Position numbers and translations under genes: made by a program | The notes under the pieces: model-generated | Seen by the model: the letters and a program-made list of their open reading frames with translations, nothing else | Databases searched by the model: none | Told to the model about the DNA's origin: nothing | NCBI GenBank assembly: GCA_977030845.1 | Contig: OZ365114.1 | Span: 23,250,001 to 23,314,000 of the forward strand | Direction: 5' to 3' | Source of the DNA: Fimbriosthenelais zetlandica | Lineage: Eukaryota | DNA length: 64,000 nucleotides | In this document: positions 12,190-24,400 of the stretch, piece by piece | Layout: every line of letters begins with the position of its first letter | Numbering within the stretch: position 1 is the stretch's first letter

Positions 12190-13509
12190 TCGTTCGAACA
12201 ATACATTAACTCCTTTAAATAGTACACTGATTTGGAATGTGTCCGTACATCTTCCGTTGACTATTACTTCAAATCGAGGTTGTTTATTGAGACCATAATC
12301 CACTGCAATGAAGTCAGAGCAATGACAGGGTGTACTAAAATGGTTAGACCAGTACGTAAGAAACCTCAGAAGGGGCTTTGTAAGTTTGTGTGGGCGGGTA
12401 CCGACTCTGTCGAAGGTTTTTGGGTATATAGATGTAACAAGACCATGTTCAGTATTGTGATAACTTCCCTCTAGAACACACTCCAATATATATGTAGCGT
12501 CCGCTGCATTTTTTGACACTCTTAATACGACCTTTCTTCTCTTTTTGTATCAGGGATATTATGTGATACGAGTCGAATGTTTTCCATAATCAGAAACATT
12601 ATCAAAAGAATGGCATGCAGTCACTATATTCATTCATTATGTATCTAATTTATAATAGGCCTATTGATAGTATATTTATACAAAAAATAATGCATTCTGG
12701 GTGATAAAGAGAAACACATTGTTTTTAAAGTGCCATATTCTTTTACTTTCAAGGGTATATTTATTTTTCCGTCACCATTTTGTGGTTCAATTATAATATT
12801 ATATAAAACTGGGTCATACAAATTAGGGGTAGTGCTTCAAGCAATTTGTATGAACGGTATGCCTTTGCTTATTGCTTGATATAGGACGTTTTAAAATTAT
12901 TTGCCTTGTTCATTACATTAAATTTATATCGATTACCTGCCCTAAATATTTCGCTGCGTTATGTAAATGTATATATAACTTATAGTGATAATCAATGTTG
13001 AACTCAGTGTTATAGAAATATGTGATACCATGCAGGGTATGGTACTAACTAAATATATTTAAATAAATTCCCTTGATGATCCTATGCTGAATCTCATTGA
13101 AAACTTTACTTTGAAATGTCTTTGCGCTTTACATATGTCCTAATGCCCTGAGAATGAGAAAATATCAGACAAGTTACGTGGAATGAAAGTTAGAAATGAA
13201 CCCGATTACTAAAACAGATGTTTATGTGAACCTTGTGGAATGGATTATTGTAAGGTAGTTTTAACTACTGCATATGGGGTGCCCTGAAGTTTGTGTTTCC
13301 CGAACATAAGTTAAAATTATAGAAAAATACAAATGTGAAATACAGAGATATCATTGTGGAAAATATGTGTTGTTTCACAGCCGTGTAGATCGACCTCATT
13401 TAATTTTAGCATAGGTTTTCCTGCTTTGTCCATTATTACCTAAGGGATAGACTTTGTAAAAGGCCTTTGTAAATTCATGTAGATCAATTCATTCAGCATA
13501 AACAATTGC

Positions 13510-14151
13510 TCATAAGGCAGAAACGCATTCATTTTCGTAATATGAGGCTTGTCCATATGCTGTCGTTCTTGATAAGGGCACATTCCTACATTGGGACTGG
13601 GGTGACGGAAGTGATGGGCCATTGGTGGGACTTCCGGTTGATTGAAACCAAGGCAACGTACTGTTCAAGGCCTCATTATTATGCAGAACAATACCATCAT
13701 CGTCTCTGTGCGATCGTTGCAATGTTATTACATCCGAATTGTCATAAGTCACACGACAATTAATTGGTTCCCATTCTCGATGATTTTGTAATCTCAAAGC
13801 CTGTCGATCAGTGGTTTTCTCCTGTACCTTTTCCTCCTGTACCTTTTCCTCTGCGGGTATAGAGTTCAACTTTGTTTCAACTTCAATTTCACCACTTTCT
13901 TCATCGTCCTCTCCTCTGATACCTCCTGGATAGCAAAACATGCAGCACTTTTCCTGCTCAAATGCACAGACACAACAAGACATGATCAATAGGAAGAGAC
14001 CAACAAGAAATGCACTGGGTCCCGCTAGGCGGACCCGGATCACTGTCTCTGTGATTGGTGGGGCAAACCAGCCAGCCAATGACAGCACAAACCCTGCTGT
14101 CATGACAACCAAGGCAAGAAAAACTAGTGAACCTGCTTTAGGGCAATGCAT
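13510..14151 (-). CDS. 213-aa two-transmembrane protein with a juxtamembrane Cys cluster (TMEM200/TMEM171/PIRT-like architecture)
   Basis: Single open frame MHCPKAGSLVFLALVVMTAGFVLSLAGW...RLAGPSAFLVGLFLLIMSCCVCAFEQEKCCMFC, then an acidic low-complexity tail. The GP motif at the start of TM2 is typical of that superfamily; the exact family is not assignable by eye. Confidence 0.75.
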   Translation of the reverse strand: MHCPKAGSLVFLALVVMTAGFVLSLAGWFAPPITETVIRVRLAGPSAFLVGLFLLIMSCCVCAFEQEKCCMFCYPGGIRGEDDEESGEIEVETKLNSIPAEEKVQEEKVQEKTTDRQALRLQNHREWEPINCRVTYDNSDVITLQRSHRDDDGIVLHNNEALNSTLPWFQSTGSPTNGPSLPSPQSQCRNVPLSRTTAYGQASYYENECVSAL

Positions 14152-17100
14152 GTTGAACTTTTACTGTTCTTTTATAGTTGAAGTCATTGATGTATTTCAG
14201 ATGATCCGTCCAATCGATTTTTAATCCATACGTCATATCAGGTCTTCAATGTATCCATTGTTTTCAATGAGCAATTGAAACGTCCTTTGTTCCATGGCAA
14301 CAGATGTCTGAAATGAGTAACAAAATGTAACACAAAAAGTGGTAGATGTATACTAAGTAAGCCTATCTTTTGAAATCTGTTTAAAATTGCTTATATCAGG
14401 TCAATAACTTTTGCTTAATGTTCTAGCTATAACAATGCAATTATATCCTCGACTTGAATTCAGCACTACTTAGGAGTATATGATCGAATATAATTCTAGA
14501 GCATGTATACATCTCAGGACTGCCTAAATGCTTCTATAATGACTGGGCAATGAGAGAGCATTAGGTTAATAGTACCACAGGGATATATAGTGATAGAAAG
14601 TGATCTCTATAGTGGGTGATTGCTGGACTTATAGAGTGAATGCAGATATGGCAGTACAATACAAGCCCTGGGGTGTATTCTCCAGTCAAAGGTGGGCAAT
14701 TGTATGCAAGCCAGGATAAAAAAACGACCCGTGAGTGACTATAGTACTTGATTGACAGGCGAGGTGGGCGGACAGAGACAGACCCACACTCTCTGAACTC
14801 AGTGGTACTAAGAGCAACGGCAGTCTACATGTACATGTAGATTGTACTGTATGTATCTACTAATTGTACAGTACACATTTAGGGCTATGTACACATGTTA
14901 TATGAAGTCCAAGGGAAGTGAAAGTGTGAAAAAAGAGGTAGTTCGATATATATATTGGACTATAAATACCTGTTCCTCTGTACAAAAATATGTATCCATC
15001 CACCACAGGCTTTCCAATATACTGTACAGTGTGTAAATAAAGACGAAACGGTGTATTAATCCTAATGAGTGACATCTGGGAACAGGTTGGTGAGTTTGTT
15101 TACTACTTGTAATGAGATTACTTTATATTAATCCCTGTATTAACGCTGCTGATAGAGAAGTAAACCAGTGGTGGTTTAATCTGACCGGCATGGATGAGCA
15201 GCTCGTGATTGACTCGTTACTGTAGACAATCCACGGGATTTCTCCTGTAAGTGAGAAGTGGGGAGAGATGTGTATACATGTATAACACTGCACGGGGAGG
15301 ATACTAGATAGCTGGTGGATGGTGGGGTGACCTGTTCACACCCGCCTTCAACGGGGTAACAATTATTATTATATATTGCCTGTTGAGGGAGAAGGATGGG
15401 CTGGTGAGGAATGAGCTAGATATAATACAATTTTGATGGAAAATAATAATTGGGAAGTAACATGTTGCAGGATAATATGAAGTTTCTAAACTATAAACTT
15501 TTGGAAACATCAAAAGATTTTCTTGTACAAACTTTTAGAGTTGAATGCACATTATATCTTGATGTGAGAGGTTTTGGTTCTGTGATTTATATATATTAAT
15601 CTGATCTGATGTACACCATATTTCATATAGATTTTGAAGGAATAACAAATGTACTTTGTGCACTGCTTACCTTGCTTAATTGGGCTGATAAGAGAAGTCA
15701 ATGGTAACAGATTGCTTAAGCAAGTATCCACAGATTGTTCAAGGAAGTATGTATCCACCTTCACTCATATTGCGACCGAGTCCAATCATTGCTGATCCTA
15801 CATGTGAATGATTCATTGGCTAGAAGCATTGATGTGTCCAACCAAGTACTACTCCTATTGGCGCTGGCTATTGCTCTGATGGTCCGTGGTAATGTACTCA
15901 TTGAGGTTCCATATCGCCATCGTTTATTCATAATTTTGCCTGTCAGACTCGGTGCTTTATTATCTACCATATTATTTGTTACCAATGTACACATATATCA
16001 AATCCTTCACTGTTAGACACTCCCACTGCTATTTTAATTTATCTCCTCCCTTTGTCAGACCCAGCGCGTAATATATTGATTACGAAATTGTCCCCTCAAC
16101 AATTTCCAGAAGTAATGTCAAATTTGTTTGTGTCTAACCGCTGAATCTTTGTAAACTGTTCATCCTACACAGTCGTGAGATGTATTGTTTCCTCTCTTAT
16201 TCCACCAATCAGTAAAGTAGCTGCTGGAGGTCTAAATGGTTCTGATAACTATGGTGTTCACTCTAAAACATGGTGAATTTAATCCTGGGGGTAGTGTGCA
16301 TGAAAGGCATTTGTGGAGCCTGGCTATGTACATGGGTCTTTACATGAATTGTCCATTCTACTGAATGATCATTGCTTGCCTAATGACCTCAGTCATTTCC
16401 CCAGCCACTGAACCATCATCCCCAGGGAACATCACATGTTCAATGGTCTCACAATAGATGATACTTTCTGGAATAAGTTGGTTTTTGGAAGCAAACCATA
16501 TGTTGGCAATTAGTTCAGTGATCAATTCAGTTTTGTGGTTCTGGCATGAATGTTTCAATATTGCATAAACGATTACCATATCCTATGCAGTCAGCTGGAG
16601 ATAGGTGTTACACAATGTGATAAATAATTTACCTTGTAGTGTCCCCTTTAATATCAAATCAAAACCTGTAACATTGACCAGACTGTGATATGGGGACAGA
16701 GAACCAATGCTGGTCCTGCTTCTATGAATGTTTAATCATTCTGTTTCTCTAATCTACCGTTGTATATGGGCTTATTTGATTACCCTCCATGGCATGCAGG
16801 AGAAATATCTACTTAATGAAAAATCTATACATCAATAAGTCCTTAATGAGGGCCAGCCACCCTAGGTCCCGATCAGCGGGAGAGGCAGCAGGAGCAGTTA
16901 GTTAAACTCAGTACAGACGAGCTGCTCAGGTGGGACTGCTCAATGAATCAAATCCATGCTTAATGTATGCCAGGTACTAGTGTCCAGGGACTTAGTTTGC
17001 AGCCTATAATTGCAATCTCGGCTGTAGGTCACTTGGGGCAGGAATGTAGACGGTTCCGCTGGGGATATGAGGCTTTAAACCTGTCTCAATATAATAGTCT

Positions 17101-17521
17101 TACTTTCTGATTCAATCGCTCATTAAAAGAAATGGCGAAAGCTTTAGATTTAGCAAAATAATGTGAGTGACTAAAGCTTCTCAGGTACTACACAAATTTA
17201 ATGAGCATTTACGATTGTTTACTTCACACAAATCTGCCACACCGAAAATAATGTTATTTAATATTTTATTCCCTGAAGTTTACTTTGAATATTTCTCTAA
17301 ATATTTTTTAATTTGCTAGATGTACATAATGGTGATTGTCAATATTCACAAGGTGCGTCCACTGACACTTGATCATGTGTTATTCTCAATTCTGATGAAG
17401 TGTTCGTCCACTGAGCTTATTGCCTGAGTTGTTAATTGTCTCTTTATAATTTAAACCTGACCACCTTAGGTTTGATATAGAACTACTCATTGATGTCTAA
17501 CATTTTCCCCATTTTATATTT

Positions 17522-20500
17522 TCACACGTTTAGTATACACACCTTACATTTGCTAATTTTCTCTCTAGCTGTACGTAGATCGTAAACACCACTGGGCTGG
17601 GAGGCCATGTCTACATTAACTAACCAGAAAGATAGTTTGTCAGAGAAAAAGTGACACTCCCCTCTCCCATTACACTCAATATAGGGATTAGAACGGAAGT
17701 TCTCCAAGCAGCTTCCTGGGCTTGATAAAGATTGTCCTCCTCCCATCGCACCAATAGCATGCTGTAAAAGAAAGTACACTGAAATTACTTCAATCTCATG
17801 TGCATAACTATGGCAAAATTATTCATGATAAGGTAATTGTCCTCGTTGATATGCTCCCGCCATATACTCACCATGATGAAGCTATAACCTCGCCAGAGTT
17901 CTCGCCAACCCTGTGGGCAGACGGGAACTCTGGAGCTCTGACTGTGAACAGCCATGACAGGAGCATGAGAGAGACAGACGCGACACCTGGAGATGTAGGT
18001 GAGAAGCTCTGAGCGGTTCTCTAACGGCTTATCAATGATGGCCTTGTCACTAGAGAGCCAATACGAGGTGGAGGTGCGCTTAGAATGTGAACATGAACCA
18101 TGGATATCACACATCATGAAAGGCATTGGGCTGAACTTTTGCATACAAGACCCTGCTGCTCCTGTAAAAGCAATGGACAAACACATGACCTGACGACATT
18201 ATTGATAAGATGGTGTGGGATTTTTAGGCTATAAAAGATGTGGGAAGTTTTGAGCCATTGCCTACCTAAATCCTGCACCTGGGCCCTGCCATCGTCTTCA
18301 GTATGTAGGAGAGAGTAACCCTGCCAAAGAGGTTGATGATGCCTGCCGCAATCAGGCTCCCTCCCACTCTGACTGTGTCGCGAATAAATATACACCGCAG
18401 ACCCAGATACACTGGACAGACCTGACAATAAAAAGAAACATTAAACAGGAGAGGAAGACAAAAAAACATGGACTTGAGGAACAGTACAATAAAAGAACCT
18501 ACCCATGGGTCCCCTTCTTCCATAATCTTCTGAACCTCCTTCAGTCTCTCCTGGGGACCCGGGAGGTCCAGGTGGACCAGGGGGACCTGCTTCTCCCTGC
18601 AAATGGACATGATCATGTAAAATAATGCCACTAGATTTACCGCCAGAATATTACAGTGTGAAGTCATATTATGAAGAGAAAGATACCTTTTGACCAGAAT
18701 GTCCAGGCAGACCTGGGTGGCCAGTGGGCCCCACTCTACCCGGATGACCTCTCCCATCGCCACCACGTTCTCCTTTATCTCCCTTCTCTCCTCTATCCTG
18801 GAGGGAGACCTCTGTCTCTGCCCGGCCTTGTGGTCCCGCTGGACCAGGATCACCAGGAGTTCCAGGTCTCCCGGATGGTCCCGGAGGACCTGATCTCCCC
18901 GGTGGTCCTGTTGGACCCCGGAGACCGAAACCTGGAGGACCAGGAGGTCCAGGCTTACCCGGTACACCACTCATACCCATCTGTCCTTTTTGGCACTGTG
19001 GGAGATTTTGATTTGTAGGCCTACGATGTGATGATCCAGATCCTCTAGAATGGCCTTGAATACATCAAAATCTTCCATTAATATACAGCTCGAGTACAAC
19101 GAAACATTAAAAGAAATATGAGAAATATTTTCTTATGGGTAATCACTTACTACTATCGCCTCTCTCGCCTTTTTCACCTTTCTGTGCCTGAAATATTAGA
19201 AATGAATTCAGTGATTGGAAAGGAAAAAATTACATCTACATCAGGAATCAGGAATCAGAAGTAGGTCACCACCCATGGCGCACCAGCACAATCTGAAAGG
19301 ACCTGATGGTTGCCTCATTCTAAAATTATTCTCGTACAACATTTGGAGACTGTTCATCTTCTTGGGAAGGGACACAGTAACAGATCTTGAGATGGACACA
19401 ATATTCATGAGGTCCTTCATACCCGCATACGACCATGAAGTCTCCTCATCACGTCGTGAACCAAACGTTCATAGTCTCTACCGGAAGTGACGTCACATCC
19501 ATTGTTTCGGTTGTGGTGACTTGGCCTACAAGGCTCTCCAGGCTCTCCCTTAGGTCCTGGTATTCCTCTGTGACCCTAAACAGAAAGTTTCCAATCTTAG
19601 ATTGAGAATATAGTTCGTTTTTTTAATTATCAATGGGGGAGAATTAAAGATACGCTCAATTATGATACGATTTTAAAGGTTTTACCTTACGTTGGCATAC
19701 CATGTTACACCGACCGTCAACATGAGCATCCTCTACAGCAATGGGTCCCCAGCCTGTTCCTGGTGGGCCCGGTGGTCCTAAATAGAAAATCTTATGTTCA
19801 ACAAAGATTTTTGTTTCAATATATTGAGATTTTAAATTGTGTTTTATTAAACACAAGAAAGGCATTGTTTTCTGGCCTCACCTTTATCTCCTTTGTCGCC
19901 CTTATGCCCCTGAAAAGAGATTTAATTTTAGTTTTAAAATAGAAATGTTTCATTGAAAGAAGTTGCATTATTCAGACTTAATTCAAGAGCAAGAGACAAG
20001 CCTCCCCACTGCATGGCTGAGAATAGCAGCATGGTGTTTGGGGTCGGTTATACAGGAATGTCCATTCCATTGTTGGGATAATGTTATATCCTTGTAAGAG
20101 ATGCTATATTTTTGTTACATTATCTTACTGCTAGGTACTCACATCTCCTCCACTGTAGCCATCAGACCCACGAGAACCAGGCCTGCCTTGAGGTCCCTTA
20201 AAACAATAACACAACATATTAAGCATAACAATGAGCACAAATATCTCGGTCATACAGTGTGCTGAACATTATGGACTTTTTTCATAATTCATTTTGTTTA
20301 CCACTGCTCGAGTTTTCCTTGCCAGTATCACCCCCTTGATCTAGTGCATTTGTATTAAATCATTATGATTCTGTAGAGATTAACACATTTTCCTTGAGTC
20401 ATATTCATGGGAAAGCACGTACCGGAAGTCCATTTAATCCAGGAAGTCCCGGAGGCCCTGGCTTTCCCTGCATGCAATCAGAAGACCATTTACATTTCGA

Positions 20501-22554
20501 TTAATATATATTTATAGATCTATTTATTTTCTCTTGAATCACAATATTGAGTAACCCTTTCTCACAAAGAAATCATCATTTAAAAGATTTAATTTTAGTT
20601 TTAATTATTTGATTGATTATTATCATATACATACATGTCTATTATGATTTAATAATAATCAATATCACATACATCTTTTCCATGTATTCCTGGTGTGGCT
20701 GATCGGCCAGGTGGGCCTGGGTGACCGTCTCTCCCAGGTGTACCTGGTAAACCAGGCGTACCTGGACTTCCTGGTCGGCCCGGGTATCCTCCACCCTGAA
20801 ACCCACGAGTAGAATAGTCACTTTATAAATAGCCCTATACACATGCCATGTTGTTTCCGTCCAATAGCAGGTGGGGGCGAGAGAGGCCGCTCTATGTAGC
20901 GCAATCAGACTCAGAGAATACCCTTCCACTTCATTTAACAAACGGGCCACATGTTGACCGATTCACAGTCACTTCTCAGGCTATACGTATACCTTTGGAC
21001 TTATATACTTCACAATAGTTTCAACACTTCCATTACAACTCGGATATATATCACACCCAATATAAGATTGATAAACCCATCGCCTCAAGGCACCTATACA
21101 TCAATATTTCTGTTCACGGGAGAGAGACGAGAAGGAGTTAAAATTGGTGAATATCTGTTTAGAGTTCCAGGATTGTATGTACATTGAAACTCCACTCAGG
21201 TAATTGCCTTCACACATTTCTGGACACCACGAAACCCAGATTTATGGACCTTTCATGAACTCTTTTGTCACCCCGAGTATCGAATAACCAACAGCTGATA
21301 CTAATGGATAGTTCGGCAATGGGAGGACATATCAAGGAGATCCAATCTCACAGCTGTCAAAGGTAAGACTATTTGATTCTACTTACAATGACTGAAGAAA
21401 ACATTGTGTTTATTCAAGTCATGCATAGATCGATAATATTTTCAACTGAAGTGTGTGTTTTTAAAAAGTGATAGCGTATCAAATGTATGACAGGTTGAGT
21501 TTATTGACTTGTGAAACAATCTAGATGAAAAAATGCTTTGATTTTGTGGAATGATAAAGGAGCTTACCCCACTTTCTGGATATGTCCCGCCTCCATACCT
21601 TCCTCCTCCTGTGTCTGGGTATGGTTGTCCACCCCTCCCTCCTTTAATGTATCCTCCAGCATATCCTCCTGGTCTTCTATCCTCATCAGTATAAGGTCCT
21701 CCTCCATTATTTCCTTCCCATCCTCCCCCTTCTCCTTCACCTTCTCCCTCACCCCTTCTTCTGCCACCCTCTTCTCTTTCTCCTGGACGTTTGTAGTGCT
21801 CTTCACCCACTATTTCCGGTTCAGGTCTAAGATCCCTATCTGGACCAGTCCCTCCCCCTCTTCCATCCCAAGTACCAGTACCCACCGTTTCTGGTCCTAC
21901 TGGATATTCAGGAGAGCCATCTCCATCTGTTCCTGTCCCAGTCGACCCAGGAGGAGGCCCCACTATTAATGTTGGAATTGTGGTGGACAACCCTTGACCT
22001 TCCTCGTCATCATCTTTTGCATCTATATCACCTCTGAGAGAACGGTTTTCTTCCACCCGTTGTCTTTTTGATCTCCTCTCTCCTCTTTCAGCCTTTCTTT
22101 CACGTTTTCTGTTACGTGTGTCCTGATAAGTCCGCCTCTTTCTGAGCAGGACCTGTTCAACATTGGCTGATTTCCCGCCAGGATTGTAGAACTCAGCCGG
22201 AAGTGGGCCAATAATACGGGCTTTAATGGACACTTCCGGTGTGAGGAGACCTTCACCTGTCCTTGGCGAATCATCCGATGATTCTGGTCTTTGATTGTTT
22301 ACAGGAAGCCATGAGAGATTCTGAGTTTTTGATTTTGTGCTGCTGGGTGACAGTTGGTTAGGAGAGGCTTCCCCTGAAACTGTAGGAACCGATTTAGGTA
22401 CTAATTCATAGTGTGTATACCAAAATCTTGAAAGGCGTTGAATTAAAAAAAAGTGAAAAAACGAAAGTTTACAAGAGATATAGAACACGATCTTACCTAT
22501 AAGGATCAAGCCAGCCACTAGGGCAGCGATACGTCCAAACCACTCAGCGTCCAT
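17522..22554 (-). CDS. Short-chain collagen with a C-terminal type IV collagen NC1 (tandem C4) domain, ~847 aa
   Basis: Exons (minus strand): 22554-22497 (signal [20 protein letters not shown]), ~22373-21568, 20795-20673, 20467-20423 (45 bp), 20196-20143 (54 bp), 19909-19882, 19777-19686, 19575-19423, 19187-19151, ~19054-18687, 18596-18503, 18421-18266, 18161-17872, 17761-17522; total 2544 nt, in frame. NC1 motifs [78 protein letters not shown]; all 12 Cys present. The acceptors at 22373 and 19054 are the least certain. Confidence 0.9.
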
Positions 22555-23879
22555 ACTTGATTGACTGAACTCACATATATAACATACTCTATACTGTAAC
22601 AGTCTCATTCATTGTTTCATTATCCTGCAAAAAATCACCAGAATACTTCCTTTAGCATGTAATCCCATCTAAGATGTCAGCAAAGTGGCTAATTTACTCA
22701 CCCGGCTATCTAAATAGCTTTACCATCCATTGGCAATGCTAAACTCTCTATGATTGGAGGAAATTGCCATGGGCCGCCATTAAGAGGGGTTTTCACTCTT
22801 TCAGAAAGGCCCCCTCAATGTAAGCAATCTGAGGTCTTTATCAGAGGGTCAGGCTGTTATCACGTCTAGGGCATTGCCCTTGCCGATTGACGATGCCCTC
22901 GGGCTAATATTGCAACAGGTTGGAGACATTGGGCAGTGGAGGGTCATTTGATAAGGGCCTTATCCTACATGAGTGGCCATAGAACCACTGACTTCCTATA
23001 GTGCAATGATATGTTGATGATCTTATCTCAGACAATGCTACTGATATACTCGCCACTTAACCGCCATCTGACTTAGAGCCGAGTCATGTTTTGACTCCTT
23101 CTTTTCACACATAATGCAGATTGACATAAAGTGTTGTTGCAAATTGGGAAAAAATGAATAAAAAGTTTGTCGGGTTCTCTGTGCTTTGCATCTCTCACTA
23201 CCTATAATGGTGTCAGTTTTTTCAGGGAACAATTTGAGTTCCTGTTTCGTGCATTGTTTTGTCTGGGAGTCTGTTAGTATGGACCGCCCACGACCCTTCA
23301 CCAATTTATAGATTTATTCACGGCTTTTAAAGACATGCCTTAGTGGCATGGCCTCCGATGGTATAGGAATTTTCAGTATGGCTCTATAGTTACTTGATTG
23401 TAAAGTTAGATACGTTAGTCTAATGTTAGGTAGGTGCATATCATAAACACTCATGTTTAAGCAATACCATCCAATTAAATTCACATTTGCATGTTATGAA
23501 TTATCTCAAATGTGTCAATTGTCTCGGGTTTCAAACTATGGACATTTTGGGGATACAGATGTTAAAATATTGGTGGAAAATATCTTGATAAGAAGGGGAA
23601 AATATCTGTGATTCGACAGAGGGAAATAAGGGACTGGCAGAATGACAAGAAAGTACATAAACCTTAAGTGAAGCAGGTGAAAAGCACTTACCTTACAACT
23701 GGTTCCCCATATCTTAATCCATTACTTCCAGAACCAATCAATTCTTGCTGGTAAGCTGCTAAAGTCCGACTACCTTATATCCGCAGCGTTTGTATCTTTT
23801 GCCCAGACCTATGACTATCCCAGCGGGGTTCACTTAACTTAAGGCACCTATATATACATAAAATCTGTGTTTATATATT

Positions 23880-24400
23880 AGCAGGTCAGGCATAGGGACA
23901 AACCCCGTCGTTGGCTAACTCCCTACCTCACCTCACGCTCTCCTACGCCTGCCCCTCACTCCTCACTTGCCTTTAACAAAGAACGAATCACATCTACACG
24001 GCGTGTCTCCCATGGATGTTGGGCCTTTTTTCTTCTTCCCGCTTCTCTTTCAACATAGAACTCCTGTTTCCCTTGTGGGGGCTCGAGCTGGTCCTGAAAG
24101 TAACTGCTTTGGAGCTGAACTTTTTCGAAATTGCCATGTAATATCTTGTTCTTTTAGATGACTGCTACTATGGGAATGAACATGATTCTTTTTTGTTGGG
24201 TGAAGGGAGTAACATAGTATTATTCCGAGAGTTAAAATATGGGAAGGGGCCCTCTGTCCCCCTCCTGTCCACCTACTCTAACATTGCCCTTGTTATCTTC
24301 CCTTGCCCTTTCTGTCCTTTGTAGATTAGGATCTCATAGTAAGGGTAGCCTTAAGATCATCAACTATGACCAAAACTACACGAACCCCTGTTAAATAGAT
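23880..24400 (-). pseudogene. Possible decayed collagen-like coding relic upstream of the collagen gene
   Basis: A ~95-codon stop-free stretch reads PYYEILIYKGQKGQGEDNKGNVRVGGQEGDRGPFP..., followed after frameshifts by CRCDSFFVKGK*GVRGRR(GER). Flanking stops are present; no intact gene model. Confidence 0.3.

Noticed and set aside
12130-12519. 129-aa antisense ORF overlapping the protease 3' end
   Set aside because: Non-ATG start, no recognisable motif and no exon partners.
15700-17090. Exon-shaped, partly coding-like minus-strand segments downstream of the collagen (ORFs 15761-15994, 16358-16579)
   Set aside because: No phase-consistent chain or recognisable domain; multiple stops.
18266-19018. 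ORFs 18266-18970(-), 18671-19018(+), 18690-18893(+)
   Set aside because: Off-frame or antisense shadows of the GC-rich Gly-X-Y exons.
19260-19360. Extra collagen exon [13 protein letters not shown]...
   Set aside because: No phase-0 donor is available; 19423 splices in frame directly to 19187.
21442-22608. The 388-aa ORF as a stand-alone gene, and antisense ORF 21538-21969
   Set aside because: The ORF reads through a short in-frame intron and past the donor at 21568; it is the 5' part of the collagen. The + ORF is its low-complexity shadow.
24340-24395. Sulfatase-like N-terminal motif VRVVLVIVDDLK on the minus strand
   Set aside because: A stop follows within 8 codons and no other sulfatase motif (CxPSR) is nearby.
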